A stretch of DNA of 64,000 nucleotides from Dicyema japonicum (taxonomy: Eukaryota; Animalia; Dicyemida): contig RDEW01000104.1 of assembly GCA_011109175.1 (NCBI GenBank), positions 21,036 to 85,035 of the forward strand, written 5' to 3'. This document shows, piece after piece, positions 25,200 through 38,339 of this stretch (positions are counted from its first letter, which is position 1; every line of letters starts with the position of its first letter). The notes below the pieces were generated by a model that saw only the letters and a list, made by a program, of their open reading frames with translations, made no database searches and was not told where the DNA came from. The position numbers were made by a program, and so were the translations under genes.

Positions 25200-25720
25200 A
25201 TACAAAATTGCTTTGAATTTAACAGATTAGAAAATGAATGAATTTGAAACAACCCAAAAACTGATTAAAAAATGGAATTTATGATCGAATTTCATACAGC
25301 AATTGTTAGACACTGATTACATAGAAAATAATTTATTGATAAGCAAGACCCAGCAGAAGTATATTTTGCTATCAACAGTGGAGTTAGTTAACGAACTGCT
25401 CCCTCGATAAGTTTGTCTTTGGAGAATAGCCCACACATACTTAAATGCTTGCATTAAATACTTTTTTGATATGATTAGCAAAAGGTCCGAAAATCAACGA
25501 TCTGTTTCCATTGATGAACTCGCATAGTTACTGTTTGTTTTTATGTTACATCTGAGTTGCCAATAGCCACAAAAAACTTTCTGTTTCCTTGATTCATTCA
25601 ACTATTCTTATCTGGCGATTACTGTGTTGATATGTCTCAACCGTACGGATTTTTTTATACTCGCCCGGTTCTGAGAGACATCATTTGTCAAGATCCAAGT
25701 AACCTGCTAATCCAAAAATT
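25200..25720 (-). mobile_element. Possible Merlin/IS1595(ISXO2)-like transposase remnant
   Basis: Decayed fragments GRLLG, RKFFVAI and EFINGNRSLI are ordered as in ISXO2-like DDE domains. Confidence 0.3.
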
Positions 25721-25825
25721 ATTTTAATAAATTTAAATTATTAAAAAATTAATATAAATTAAAAATAAATTCAGACCAAACAGGCGACCTAAATTGTAAG
25801 CATCGACGTGTTCATTTAGAATTCA

Positions 25826-27035
25826 ATGTTGTTGGTAGTTTTGTTGTCTTTGACCACAAAAATTACTATTGGAAATGGGATATTATTTTATGGAGATTTT
25901 TTGTTGACCTATACAAATAAAAATGTATATTATAGATAACACTAATAGACGAGTGATTTATTCACTATCAAATTATTGAGTACGTTTGGTAATAAATCGA
26001 CTTATACAGAATTATACGAAAAAAATAATATAACTTTCAACTTTTTTATCACACCTTCGAAAAAATTCTACAGCATAAAAATAAAAATTATATTCTATCC
26101 TTGTAATTTTATATTAAACACTCAAAGACGAGAATACACTAGTCCTCCCACAAATCAATAATGAAGAATATTACAGATGTGGATGCACTTACGTCAACTT
26201 GGGAAATTATAATCTCACAATATATTCTTTGATGATACGATATTCCAGTGTAGAATTCAATTTACAATTTTCTGGAAAAGGTTTGAATCTAATTTAGTCA
26301 AGCTTATGACTGTGATCAATCTAACGATCCGAATGTTCCTATATGGTATTTTGTGGCAGAAAATAGACTCAAAGCTGTATTAAGTGGGAATATTGAAATC
26401 ATGTTTACTAGAAATAATGTTAGCTGTAAATTTTAAATGTAGATAAAACCTTACTTATTTGTTGAACCCACAATAATGACAAAAATCGATTTCGAAAATG
26501 ATGGAATTAAGTTGTATTTCAAAAGACCTGATTTTGAAATATTTTTTACATTTAATTCGACACGAAATAAATATTATATTTCAGAAATTGGTTTTATCTC
26601 CAAGCACTCGTATATTGGGTCTTGGTCTTGGTACCCTAACAATCAGACATATATCGACATTGAAAATTACTATAAATGTGAAATGTTAAAGTTCTCGATT
26701 CCTGGTAAATTCTATGCGGTTTTTTCTTCATTTAAGGCTCAAATATTTCGGAATGATTCAAATTTTTCGTTATATTGGAAGTGGTTTGAATAAAGGTGAT
26801 TTTAGATTCTGGGTGTTTTGCAAGTGAAGACGCTACAAGAAACACTACTTCCAGTCTCTCACAGAATTATGAAATAATTCTAAGAAATGAAAAGTCTAAT
26901 CATTCAAAAAATTATAAATTTATGGGAATTACCATCACCGTTGTAGTACTTACGATTATTGGGGTCACTTGGGTTGTCTATATTAAACGTCGAAGAAATA
27001 TAATAGAGCAAATGGAAAATATACCAATGCTTTAA
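25826..27035 (+). CDS. LAMP-like type I membrane glycoprotein, paralog 2 (one homopolymer frameshift near 26763)
   Basis: Signal peptide MLLVVLLSLTTKITIG; EEYYRC..GKAYDCD; ENYYKC..FKAQIF..SGCF; TM FMGITITVVVLTIIGVTWVVYI; tail KRRRNIIEQMENIPML*; five 22-25 nt introns. Confidence 0.65.
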
Positions 27036-27304
27036 ATTGGGTAATGTTAATTTACTCGTTACCCAGTTTTAAAAATAGTTGTTTTATTTTTTTAAATATT
27101 TTGATATGGTTTAAATATAAATTAAAATTTAACTTTATTGCTTTTAAAATCCGATTAATTTAAATATCATACACATAAAAGGATGGTCCTCTTAAACACT
27201 TCTGTTCGAATGACAAAAATTCCTTAGGGTCTAGCCTTCTAATTAACTCTCTAATTAACGAAACGAAATTGAGCCATTGCAATATATTCCTCTACTTTTT
27301 AAGT

Positions 27305-27540
27305 TTATTAACCCCGAATACACCGAGTAAGAGTTAAAAGTAAACAACTTGTTAAGAGTACACAGATTCCTCTGCTACAGAAACAGAGTACATCCGGAAC
27401 CATCATAAAGGTCCATTACTTTCAGTGGTGGAAACCCAATGATTTTTTTGTGCCAGCCTGGCACTAGTGCCACATGAGACATATGGATTACATGACGCCA
27501 CTCTACTAAGTAGGGAAACTGTACAATAAATAATATTAAT
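27305..27540 (-). mobile_element. LINE 3' end
   Basis: TAGAGTGGCGTCATGT and CTCGGTGTATTCGGGGTTAATAA shared with the TSD-flanked copy at 53976-54312. Confidence 0.6.
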
Positions 27541-27549
27541 TTGATCTGT

Positions 27550-28330
27550 CTTCCAAACTGAAACCTGAACATCTCGGAGTAGGCGTCCGCGGCGGGTGCG
27601 CATTGGCCGCACGTTCCTTTGTGAACTATTGTAAAGAGGATAACCCTGGGATTATTTTGAAGCTGGATGTTTGCCAACGCCTTGAATTTAGTGAGGAGGG
27701 ACCATCTTCTGAAAACCGTTTTGAGGAGAGCTCTAGAATTATCCACATTATGAACCTCGCATACGGTACTCCAACCCATCTCGTTATTTGTGATGATCTC
27801 ATTAAATCCTCGACTGGGATCCAATAAGGTGATCCTTTTGCTCCGTTTCTTTTGCTTTGGCATTGGATGGGGGTGCCCGTTCGTGTGTGACGACGGCTTT
27901 CAATTATAGGTATTTGGAAGATGCTACGATAGGTGGATCTTCCGAAACGGTTTTGCAATTTTTTGGAATACTTCCCATTCTTAACAGTTATGGACTCGAT
28001 ATTAATGCAAGTAAATCTGATTTTTTTTAATTTAGACTCTCGCAAGAAAAATTTTTTAAATCACGTAGCAGGATCATGTCTTTTCTTTCCGTGCTGTTAT
28101 TAACATTTTGGAACACCAATATGTATTGAGCTCCCCCATTTCCAAAGAGATTATCCTTCGTATTTTTAACTATAACTTTCAGAGATTAATGGTGGCATTG
28201 TTAATCGTCTTGAACTTGATCCACATACTGCGCTTTTTCTCTTGAAGAAATAATTTTTCCTCCCAAGGTTAATGTTTTTGCCACGTTCCTCTCCTTACCA
28301 CCTCTTTCTGGAAATTTCATCATCTTATTT
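27550..28330 (+). mobile_element. CRE-clade reverse transcriptase pseudogene fragment
   Basis: LKPEHLGVGVRGGCALAARSFV..LKLD, TGIQ*GDPFAPFLFALAL, YLEDATIGG, ALFLLK..LPRLMFLPRSSP. Confidence 0.75.
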
Positions 28331-28434
28331 CCAAGAATAAAGAAAAAACCAGTATTGGCGACAATTTCTGCAACTTTTTATGAATAACAAAATTCTGAAT
28401 AGATTTTGGATCTGGGCTTTAGTAAATCATCGGA

Positions 28435-28790
28435 TTTTATTATTATTATTTAACCCTGATAAAGGGAACTCGAAGAAAGGAGTTAAACTAACTAATTAAG
28501 TGATCCCGGTAGAACTCAACAGGATCGAGAACTTTTTACTGGGCTCCTCCATAGTACCCACAACTATTATGAATCCGCAAATCCTCTTTCATAGGAATTT
28601 GGAAAGGCGTGGGATTTTTTTCTTAATTTACGTGATTGGTAGAAGAGATCGGACTCAGAATCGGAGAGTCATGAAGCAGAAACCATTATTCCGGATTGCC
28701 GCGTTGTGGAGTAATGGGAAAAATAATTGAGGAAAGAAATTGGTTATGCCGACCATTTTTACTCTCTTAAATAAATTATGATTGGATTAC
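28435..28790 (-). mobile_element. LINE 3' end with (TAA)n tail
   Basis: VVGTMEEPSKKFSILLSSTGIT*, then GATCACTTAATTAG and CAGGGTTAAATAATAATAAT tail. Confidence 0.6.
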
Positions 28791-28949
28791 AACATTCATG
28801 AAGCAAATATTCACAATATTTTACAATCCTCGGGGAATTCCATGTCTAATTAATGTACACCTCCTTACGACCATTCAAATACTTGCTTTTAGGTTTTAAG
28901 ATCTCTCAAAGGTTAAATTGTTTGTCAATGATTTCGGCAGGATTTGACT

Positions 28950-29045
28950 GAATTTGGGGATCTTTATAAATTTCTTATCGTCCTTTGAATTCGGGAATCT
29001 ATTATAAATTTCTTGTCCGTGAATTTGGGGATTTTTTAAATGTCT
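28950..29045 (+). repeat. Degenerate ~35-bp tandem repeat, about 3 units
   Basis: GAATTTGGGGATCTTTATAAATTTCTT-like units repeated. Confidence 0.5.
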
Positions 29046-29921
29046 CTGTGCTTCAAGAATCATATGAATATGCTATCAACATAAGAATCAATGAACGCTT
29101 ACATCCAATGGTCGTTTTGGAGGACTCTAGTAAGTATGGCGACTGAACGCAAACATGTAATAAAAGTGTAGTAGTCACGTGCAAATTACAGAATAGTGTC
29201 TTCTTAACTATTTTAGTTAAATAAATCGTAAATTAATCATATTTGTAACAAATTATAATGAATTAAGAGAACTACGAAAAAGAGGACCTTGGATGAGACT
29301 GGTACAAGGGTCGCGGTTGAGAACCATATCTGAATTATAAAACTCGAATCATGGTGAACTCTGTGTAAAAGACAAAAACGATCGACTGACCACATCTCAA
29401 TCCAAATGAGCATACGGGACTATAAAATTCCGCTTAAGTGAAGCATGACATGTAAGCACTCAAAATGAAGATATTAAATATTTAGACCAATATCTCTACC
29501 CATCTGAGAATATCTAAAAAAGGAAGAAACATCCAGTCTTCGCGGTTGTTGGAACCCATTCATTAAAGTAGGAGATAGAAATTAATATAATAAATTTTCA
29601 TCACCCTGACATAGAGAGCTAGCTAAATAGATGAAATCTCATGACATCCGTCTAATAAAACAGAGAAAAAGAACTGGAGTAAGAAGATGGAAGCTTCGAC
29701 CAACTAACCAGTGGTGGATCAAATCCACAGACCACGTTAGTGATGAGACACCGTAAACACGAATAATAATTTTTAACCACTAAGCTAAGCTAGAAGTATA
29801 TTTAAAATAACGAAATATTTAAATTAAAGAATATTATTTAAAATTAATATACTAAATAAAATAATTTATTTCAAATTTAAAAATTAAATTATTCATAATA
29901 TCATTGTTTTGAATTCCTAGT

Positions 29922-32602
29922 ATGTCACTTAAAAGTTCAGTAAAGGAGACTTTTCGGTCGATCCTAGAAATGAATACCCAGAAAATGATCAAAGGCATCC
30001 GTTCATCTTCTGACGAATCAGCTTACATCTCAAAATGTATTGACGAGATTCGTGAGGAGCTTAAAAGCACAAAAATTGAGAGTAAAGCCAACGCCCTAAA
30101 CAAACTTTCCTACGTTCGTTTGTTGTGCCTTACTATTAGCTCCAAATGCTCGGCTACAGCGTCAGCTGGTGTGCTTTCTCTATCGTGGAGGTCATGAGTT
30201 CTGAAAAGCTCCAAGTAAAGGTACAACTTTGTAAGCAACTTAAGAAAGTCGGGTATTTGGCTTCCTCCCTGATATTACATGAAGGGTTAGAAATCCTCCT
30301 TCTTCTCACAAATTTGCTGAAAAAGGTCATTTTGTGACAAATTCCTTAGGATTTGCACAACCGTAATCACTTGATAGCTAGCTGGGCTCTCCACGGAATT
30401 TCCTGTTACTGCACCTCCGACATGGCCGTTATCCTCTTCGAGGACGTCATGACTCTGGTTGGCTTTGTTTAAGACGAGATTTCCTCAACTTCCAACGACG
30501 TCATCCGTCAGCGTGCGATAATCGTCCTCCACAAGATATTCATCAAAAATCCCTTATCTCTCAAACATGCCTTTCCAAAGCTACAGGATCTCCTCAACAA
30601 CCCTAACGAAGGAGTACAAATGTCCACGATCACTCTCCTCGTCGAACTGGTTCGCCACAACCCCCACAATTATATACTCCTGGCTCCTTCCCTCTTTAAT
30701 ATGCTGAAGGATCCCCTGAGCTCGTGGGTTCACATAAAACTTTTGAGAATTGTAGCCTTACTTGATTCAGCCTAGTTTTCCTACCTCGTTAAGGCAGAAC
30801 CCCGACTTTCGAAGAAGCTGTTCGACCCGATGATGTTCTGCCTCAAAAGGTTGGCTTTGTCTCTACGATTAGCCCCCAACCAATGTCCCTGACTTTTGAA
30901 TGCATTAATACCGTTATTTCTACTGGTTTACTTAATTACTAAGCATAGATTTGTCAAATGAGTCCATAAAGGTCGTTTCCGTCATTTATTCCAGTTCTGT
31001 CTTCAAAGACTATCCCAATTGTTAAGGGACGATGACCCCAATCGTTAGCTTTCCCATTTACTTTAGTCCGGTACCTCAGCCTTCTCTGTATGTCTCGGAT
31101 TCCTGTTCAATTTAACCACGTCTTGCTGGACTTCCACCAGTCGATCACGAACTGCTTAAATGAACTCGATCAGTCAATTCGCTACCGTGCTCTTGAGTTG
31201 ATATGTCGGCTGGTATCCACGTGGCTTATTTCAAGGTCGATCGCAGCAATCTAGTAGTTTCCGTTGAATGTCTGAAGAAAAGTATCTCCCAATACAGAGG
31301 GGACTACTGTGGAAGACTCATTGCCGCGATTATTAACATCTGTAAGTTCAACGACTACGAAAACATTTCAAATTTCCACTGGTTAGCCGTTTAGGGTATT
31401 TCAGGTATGTGGCCACTCTCGTTGACTTGGCTTCCTTCGAAAACGACGAAAACGTGGTCGAAATTGTGGACCAGTTGATGATCGTGGCTGTTCGTGTCAA
31501 ATCTGCCAGAAAATTCATCGTCAAACAAATGGTCCCTTACTTTTATAATCCCAGACTATCCTTATTGCCAATGTTGTGAACTCTACCAACGTGCTTTTCG
31601 GTAGGAACTTCCACGTGGTCTCAGCCGCTGCTTGGATATGCTCGCAATACTCTGAGTTGTCTAATATTTTGAGTTTAGGCATTTAGACGACATTTTGGAC
31701 ACAATTAGACTGTTCAGTCGGATTGCCAGGTTGTGTACTTACACTGTGGAGTGCTTTGTCCACCAGAGTTGTGTGCAGGCTATGACCCGTCTGGTGGTGG
31801 AACTGATATGCAAGCATGGACGCTGTCCAGTCCTCTCTGTTGCTAGAAGTGAGTGGAGGGAGCTTCTACTTCCCTTCCACCAAAGCCAAATCATGGAAAT
31901 CCAAGAAAGAGTGTATTTGTTAGGCGATTATGCTTTTATAGAGCTGTCTCTTGGAAGAACTCCTGGAAATTGTTTTTGACGTTGATTTGTTCACTGAAGA
32001 GGAAGTCATTGCCTGTTGGAAGCCTATCTTTGAGTCTGAGTTGAATCCAGTAATTAATCAGGTTCAAAAGAAAATCCCGATTCCTGATGGGTCGCTGATT
32101 TTTGCTATTTAGACTCGATTTGGACAAGTGGATTAGCAAACCACTGGGAGAAAAGACTGAACGTAGGATTTTGAGCAAATTTGCTCCCACTTTGAATCTT
32201 GAAGTACCTATTCCGATTGAAGATAAAGAATTTCCACTAACTCAGCCCAATGACACGATTTGTATGATTATTTTACCATTTTAGTGAAATTGGCTAAACC
32301 TGAGGATTTTGTGGAAAATTTTGATATTCTGAATTTTGAGAATTTGAAGATGCCTAAGAAAAATGTGAAACTCACTTCCGTTGTGGCGAGTGAGCCAATA
32401 CAGGTTTCGAAGGTTGTTGACGTTCCTGAGGTTTTTCTGCTTACTATGGTAGGGGATTACTTTGTCTACCACGGAAAATCAACCGTGTGTTCAAAACGAG
32501 TTTGCCTTCCTTGACTTGGATAAGATTACGGCAGAACCCAAAGTAAAGCCAATTCGTAAAAAACGCATAAAAAAGCCTAAAGTGCATCGACCTGATTATT
32601 AA
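29922..32602 (+). CDS. AP3D1: AP-3 adaptor complex delta subunit (trunk plus hinge, no ear domain), 17 introns
   Basis: MIKGIRS..YISKCIDEIREELKS..KANALNKLSY|LQMLGYSVSWCAFSIVEVMSS..K|KVGYLA; DDDPN|LRYLSL; QER..ELNPV..QKKIPIPDG|LDLDKWI. Confidence 0.92.
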
Positions 32603-32759
32603 AGGGTGATGTGACTTAGGATTTAAGTTTTATTATTAATTTAATATTGACAACTAATTTTCGTGATTATTGAATGATATTCTAAGACTTTGTCGAATGA
32701 GTCCATAAAAGACTTTCACTTATGATTTAAATTGCTAGAACATGTAAAATACCCGATTA

Positions 32760-32970
32760 TGTTAAGGCTTTCAGAGTAACGGAGCTTTGGATTTGTGGAG
32801 AACACCAGACCAATGCATCTGGAGGCTCTTATGAGACTAGACTCCAAATGCCAAAATGCGACCTCCTTAAATTCAGTTAGCCGTCATGTAGGAGAGAGGA
32901 ACACCGGGAAAAGATGAGGTAACTTATGGAACGCATTGGGATCACATGATTGTTAGTTTAGTTTTACCGA
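32760..32970 (+). mobile_element. LINE 3' fragment
   Basis: Homologous to 39820-40020 (PMHLEALMRLDS..EEH..IGIT*). Confidence 0.55.
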
Positions 32971-33374
32971 GGTCATGGGATTTTACATATCAATAAACTA
33001 TTTGAATGCAATTATATGTCTAAGAATCATAATGTTAGAATTCCTTATAGAGAATTCATGTATGCTAAGATAGAGTTAGAATGAACATATTGGGTACTAC
33101 AAGTCTTAAGAATGCCTTAGAAACTTCAAGTCGTACCTTTATGTATTTTAATTCTCATTTTGTTAAAAATTTAAGCAAAATGTGGATACCGCCTATGTAT
33201 CGAAATCAACAATGTTTAGAGTTAAAATGACTCTTATAACTCGTAAGAATGCCCAACATGCAATCTTCAGTGATACCAAGCATCTCCCTTAAACCCATGA
33301 TATCCATTTTAAGAATCACCAAGTCTACAGTAACACTGAAGACACGAGACCACAGAATAAAGTACATTTTACAA

Positions 33375-35429
33375 TCACTGATCAAGTGTAATTAAATGTT
33401 TGATGGTTGGTCTACCATGAGGACAATTCTACCATAATTCACTCCTCTTACCCAAGGCTGGTCGATTGTGCCCAAATTATGGACAACGTCACGCATCTTC
33501 TTCACACTCAAAGTCATCCCAGCAAATATTGCACTGCGACAGGCACGTGAGGCCATATGTACCCTTACTTTGTCCCTCACTCCTCCAGCATGCAGCATTT
33601 CTTCAACGTCTCCAAATACCACAACATCACCAACCTTGTATGGCAGAGTCCACACACAGAGAAGGGACACGAGTAACCAGAACATCGTCTTGAACTTAAA
33701 ACAAGATAAACCCTCAGAAATCACAAAATCGAACCCACAAGAGTTAAAAATGCAGAGATTGTCTATCAAAGTCTGTTTATCCAAGGGACCGAGAACCAAC
33801 CGTTGTGGACTACCGATATTTACATCCCCCAACCGTATCAGTGGCTGAGAGGATGTGTCTGCATGTGCAATTAATTGCTCAAATTTGAACTTTTCGTCAG
33901 CGGCATGCTGATCAATAATAAACAGACGAAGAGGACACTCTGGGAGGCGGACAATAATAAAGGAGGAATTGAACTGCCCAATCACTTCCATTCGAGCAAA
34001 ATCGTCGCGTTTTAACTGACACAAGTCTATTTTCTCGTTAAACTCGTGATTTTCCAGAATAGTGGACATATACGAGAGTTTCTGAGAGACAGTATCATCA
34101 GAAGTCACGGAAAAATTTACATCATCCACGTGGGGTGAATCTCCGAGGTAAGCATGAAAGATTTTGGTAAAATTTTGCTGAGTAGCAGAAACATGTCTCT
34201 TGTTGTCCCTTTTAATATCAGGAGTTGAACTTTGGGGGACGGAAAGGTCAAATTTTAGGCCCTTTTTGACGACGCTTCCCTGAGAAAGTCTGAAGCTCTT
34301 TTCCGTGGAAGGACGTTTACTTGAAAAAAGAGAGACTGGAGGAGAAGGATGAAATGAGTTGAGAAGATCAGACAAATGTTCCTGGTTGTGACACAAGAAA
34401 ACTTTAAGAAAGGCCAGAAGCTCATCCTCGTGCGAGATCATGACTCCATCGGTCGTAAAGTCGACTTCTGACTTTGCTGCGATTACCAACAAAAATACAT
34501 TCAACGTCGAGGAACAGAAACGGGCAGTTAGAACCGTTTACTTCCCTGAAGATCCCGTTAACCAAATGGCGAACCTACAAACTCTTCAAACCCAAGAAAC
34601 TCTGGGAAGGTCACAGGGACGTTTATTAACGCAGACAAAATGCCGACTTATCCGACCACGTGCAGATGAAGGGCGGGAAATAATGCCAGAAATTCAAAAA
34701 TCAGAAAAAATTGAAACTTGAAATTGCTTTCCTGTTGAGGCTTGACAACTGTAATAGAATTGGCCACAGCCTCCCCAAACACAGATAAAATGACATCCAG
34801 CAAGTTCCCCCCATTTGTCTGGAGTAAAATATTTCCGTTGTTCTTCAAAGTAAATTTAATATGAGGAAAAGCAAGGAGGTAGGGGTGTAGAGCCTGAAGC
34901 ACTGAGGAGATCCCACATGTGCGTAAGAGTTCTTTTCTACGCACAGGAATGGTTCCCTCGAACAGATCCCTGATTGTAACCGTGGTTCCGTAATTGCGGG
35001 AAGATTTTTCCACTTTACGGGAATCCTTGACAATTGTTAGCCGATATGAAAGTGAAGAGTCAACTCTACGACTGAGAACAGTGACCGATCTGAGGTTAAA
35101 TCGTATGGAATACAGGCTTAGGTTGAATATAGCAGACAAGGCCATTCCGCGGAAGCCAAAAGTTCCCACGTGCTTCTTTTTGGATGTCCCTCCATCACAA
35201 AGTAAGCCCAGGTCGTCTTCCGATATGCCTTCCCCGTCATCGGCGACCTCAATTATTCTACTGCCTCCTTCAGAGAGTGAAATGTCTATAATATAGTAGA
35301 TGAGTCACTGATTGTCTTTGAATTGGCGTCAACACAGTTCTCAATTAGTTCTATAATAACTGAGGCAACACTCCTTGCAATTTGGCTGCTGGTAATTTCC
35401 TTTGCACAATCCGTGCTTAGTTTCTTCAT
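33375..35429 (-). CDS. PMS2: MutL-family mismatch-repair endonuclease PMS2
   Basis: ELIENCVDA, VADDGEGI, TFGFRG, GTTVTI; C-terminal IGQFNSSFII, IIDQHAADEKFKFE (DQHAxxExxxxE), ASRACRSA, W|NCPHGRPT. Confidence 0.92.
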
Positions 35430-35559
35430 TATTTTATTTAAATTTTCTTTAATTTAATTATTTTATTTATTTTTTGATTAAGTTTTTATTTAAATTTAAA
35501 ATTTGATTTTTGTTTAAATTTCTCTTAACACTTGATCCAACAATCAATAATACCCAAGT

Positions 35560-36025
35560 ATTCTCCCGACCATAGTTGGAGCTTCTATACAAACAATTTG
35601 TTCTATCGAGTATCGAGTACTCCTGTGCGCATGGGTTGCACCACTATCGCTATCGGCACAGAACAAGCTGGAAGTGCTACAAAAACGATGTCTCAGAATA
35701 TTAATGAGATCATCCAAAAAAACACCCACGTCGTTACTACGAAGAAAACTAAACGTCCCCCCGATCATGGAATACTTTACGAAACACCACGAGACTTCCT
35801 CGAGATGGAAAAGTCTCCTGATCATCCTCTCTGGATGGGCATCGAACTATATCTGGACGCCTGTCCGAGATACGAGAAGAAACCTTTCCCGTTGTGATGA
35901 TTAATCCAGGACTCCAAAATTACCCTCAGGAAAAAAACTGGAATAGACACTGGGATCACTTAATTAGACGATAACTCTTGTCCTATTTCACGTATTTCCG
36001 GGATTAATAAATTATTAATAAAATT
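35560..36025 (+). mobile_element. LINE thumb and 3' end
   Basis: SIEYSCAHG-like thumb motif; GGGATCACTTAATTAGACGATAACTCTT and CCGGG-TTAATAAATTA shared with 42740-42900. Confidence 0.6.
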
Positions 36026-36120
36026 ATTGGAATGGCCATACTCCGAGGGAACTCATTAGCGATCCACGCAGCCTGCTTCCTCAACTAACATTTGTTTCTT
36101 TGTTAAATAATTGTCTTTAA
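36026..36120 (+). mobile_element. 3' end of CRE-like subfamily B
   Basis: IGMAILRGNSLAIHAACFLN* followed by TTTGTT..TTGTTAA tail. Confidence 0.75.
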
Positions 36121-37330
36121 TAAATAAATAAATAAAAATAAAATTAAACAATCAATAATACAAATTGACACGTGGTGCGATTTGGCTATTTGATTAAAGA
36201 TCTCTCTTCCTGGGTTTCGTCGTTGAATCAACCTTACTTAACTGACAACCAAAGTCTGGCCGGCACTTAAAAGGATCCTTCAATTTATTCCACCGGGATA
36301 CAATTTCGCTCTCTGTCGACAAGTTCTGGAATCGACCTCCCCGGACAACGTCTTATGGATCAATTTGCTTGGGTGAAGGTTCTGCTGGAACACGTCAGTA
36401 TCAAGGAATTAGTTTCGTTTTACCATGGTTTTTAAAGTAATTTAATAAGCCTGTTCTTCATGGTAGTTTTGGTATTCTCTTCAAAATTTGACAAGTTAAA
36501 TTCAATCAGACGGAGAACTTCATGTTTTCTTCCGTATCAGTACTCCCTCATCACTCTCTTATCAGAGAATTCCGCGAGGAACCATGGCCACAGTTTCTGT
36601 GTTTATGCATAGAATCGGGAAACCCAATCGGACGATTATTTTATTTATTTTTTGACTAAGTACCGTGGTCTTGGGACTATTGCAGAGGAAAGTCGATCGG
36701 TCCCAAGAAATACACCGTAATTGAGTTTGTTTGTAGCCACTAGCGAGTGCATACCGTTTTACAGTTGGGACACTGAAGGATCACGCAGTGAGACTCCATG
36801 GAATATTAAAAGCTGGGATTATGTAATTAATTGTTTTTAACATCTTTGTGACCATAGAGTTTTCAAAAAATAATAACATTCAATTTGTATATTGATAATG
36901 TCTTCATTTAATTTAAGAGGGAAACTTTATTATACTTCAAATTTGAAAAAAGTTTTAGTGGTGAATAAGTCTAAGATATGTTCTAAGTCAATAGATAAGT
37001 TTCTCATTCACTCCTTCACGCATTTTGACTGCCGGCTCAACTGAACGGATGGTATTGAAAAAATACCCACTCTTGTAGATCGCTTTTACATCCTCTCTTT
37101 AGAACAGTTGGGAATATAACTAAGGGAGTTAAGGAAATCAGGAGTGCAATTGCTGAGAGACGTTGAGACCCCTACGAACAGAGACGATTTCACAACTCAT
37201 GATTCTGCCTAATGTCCTATGCAATACCCAATTACTCGGAGCTGGGGAATATTAAAATTATTAATTAATTTATTAAATAATATTTAAAATAATAATTTAA
37301 TTTGATAACGTGCTTTTAGTGTGACTTGTA

Positions 37331-38091
37331 ATGTATTCAGATAATGCCATTTCATCAAAGAGACGTGTAATTATTTTTCTTTAACTAAAGTTTGTCTCAG
37401 AAGGTATACTGCTAACAGAAATAAGAGCAATCTTAATGAGATTACTCCGTGATGAGGGCCTTGCTGAAGTGACTATTCGTCATCATCCAAAGAGGCTAGA
37501 AGTCGTACTCAAAGCAACTCGTCCCCAGGTCATCGCTGCTGAAAAGGGACTAAAAATAAGGGAACTAAAAGGTATCATCTCTTCTCGCTTTGGGATTAAA
37601 ATCGATCAAATTGAGGTTTTTACTTTATACAAGTTTAGGTCTCCGTGGAACGTTTGGCTGACAGGGGATTGAGTGCGTTGGCCCAAGTCGAAACTATTCG
37701 TTACAAATTGATAACTGGCTTGGCTGTGAGAAGGGCAGCCCACTCGACAATTAAAACCTGCATGGGAGGAGGTGCCAAAGGAGTCGAGGTGGTGGTTTCC
37801 GGGAAACTGCGAGGACAGAGGGCTCGGACTGCCAAGTTTGTGGATGGCTATTTGATCCACTCTGGAGATGCCCCCAACTATTACCTTGATAAGGCGACCA
37901 CTGGAATTATGATGAAGTCCGGTTTACTGTTTGGCTGATTTTTAGGCACGATTGGGATTCAAGTGACTATAATGAAGCCTCATGATCCTACTGGAGTTAA
38001 GGGACCTAAACAACTGTTGCCTGATACGGTTATTATTATCCCACCTAAGGATCTTCTTGATGCTCCTGCTGGGCTCAGATCAAGGGCGTGA
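37331..38091 (+). CDS. RPS3: 40S ribosomal protein S3 (uS3), highly divergent, 3 introns
   Basis: [12 protein letters not shown]|[68 protein letters not shown]|[22 protein letters not shown]. Confidence 0.92.
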
Positions 38092-38339
38092 TTATAATTG
38101 ATTTTGTTAGCTCACTTTCGGTTCTTAAATAGTTTTTGCTTATTTTTTTAAAACCTTAAGTTCTTAACTAAGTAAGTCTCTGATGTACGAAGGATCTGGG
38201 CTAGAATCTCGTCCAGCCCGAGATTGAAATAACTTGGAGGATCATCTGTCAGAAACTGCTAATATTCTATGTTGTAAAATATCTATTGCATACATATTGC
38301 TAAGAATAAATTTCAACTGACTTTTAAAACTGCACTTAT

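Noticed and set aside
36030-36100. Dispersed ~65-bp conserved motif starting GGCCATAC (also 8582, 57030, 58250), first suspected to be 5S rRNA or a small RNA gene
   Set aside because: It translates as IGMAILRGNS.AIHAA.FLN*, the C-terminus of a CRE-like RLE ORF, and extends into clear RLE coding sequence at 56888
38198-38226. Two overlapping stems downstream of RPS3 suggesting a pseudoknot or snoRNA
   Set aside because: The stems leave no connecting loop, are short enough to arise by chance, and no C/D or H/ACA boxes are evident
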